Assembly: GCF_006345805.1 (NCBI RefSeq)
Contig: NW_021827218.1
Location: 1-10,860 of the forward strand
Length of the DNA: 10,860 nt
Source of the DNA: Octopus sinensis
Lineage: Eukaryota
Reading direction: 5' to 3'
Shown here: positions 10,264-10,860 of the stretch, in pieces
Layout: every line of letters begins with the position of its first letter
How positions within the stretch are numbered: the stretch's first letter is position 1
Made by a program: the position numbers and the translations under genes
The notes under the pieces: generated by a model
Seen by the model: the letters and a program-made list of their open reading frames with translations, nothing else
What the model was told of the DNA's origin: nothing
The model's database searches: none

Positions 10264-10778
10264 CTAGCAGTATCGCCCGGCGTTGCTCGGGTTTGTAAGG
10301 GAAATATCTATATAAGCATTTTTTGAGAGTACTTCCTTATAGATGCCAATTCGGGCTTTCTTAGCCATTTCTGTTTTGGGTGTCTTCAAGCCATGAAGTC
10401 GTTGTTCTAAAAGAACGCTGGTCTCCTTGACAACGCTTTACGACGTTGATTTCCTACACCCCTTCCTCACAGCTTCACGAGGGAGGGAAGAAGGGGAGAA
10501 GAAAACAGGTGCAGGTGTGACATAGACGCCAACTCCGTCGCCATCGACACACGAAAAATTATGCATTAAAATGGGATATAAAATTATGTTAAATATTTTT
10601 TATAAATTATTCGAGACTCATCGTAGACGCGTGCTAATACCCAGAAGGGCTCGATATCAATCACGACTATAAGATACCCGAATTTGGTTTTAAACTGCAC
10701 CGCCAAAATGTGGGAAGTAGTTAGGAATCTAAATCGAAGGGGACAGACACTCACACAACTACAGTTTTTATATATAGA
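10264..10778 (-). mobile_element. Non-autonomous Helitron, unit B (515 bp) with an extra internal segment
   Basis: A|TC 5' end at 10779|10778, hairpin CCCGAGCAACGCCGGG (plus 10276-10291), and 3' CTAG at 10267-10264. Both ends are homologous to unit A; ~10342-10553 is unique to this unit. Confidence 0.85.
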
Positions 10779-10860
10779 TTGTGCAACAACTAACTAAAAC
10801 ATTCGGTTGTGCAAATTGTTTGCACAGGAAACCTGCCCTGTGTGGCGGTTTTTGCCGTTT

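Noticed and set aside
10835-10846. GCCCTGTGTGGC identical to the LINE 3' end (reverse complement of 7531-7542)
   Set aside because: A 12-bp match that does not extend; expected by chance in a window-by-window comparison.

Overview
Eukaryotic, AT-rich, repeat-dense intronic or intergenic DNA. It is most likely from an octopus or related coleoid cephalopod (inferred from the SINE sequences recognised and the dense tetranucleotide microsatellites). No intact host gene is supportable, and nearly all long ORFs in the track are translations of (TACA)n, (GATA)n, (TA)n or (CA)n. The window holds: a minus-strand type I hammerhead ribozyme motif of the Penelope-like minimal kind (324-410); a tRNA-derived SINE nested antisense inside another copy of the same family (904-1735); a decayed RTE-clade reverse transcriptase fragment (1884-2366); further SINE fragments; a possible SGNH-esterase (LINE ORF1-like) relic (6688-6800); a 5'-truncated L1/Tx1-like LINE 3' end embedded in (GATA)n (7517-8516); and a head-to-tail dimer of non-autonomous Helitrons with canonical termini, one unit carrying an extra ~210-bp segment (9871-10778). 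All family assignments come from motif recognition, not database searches.
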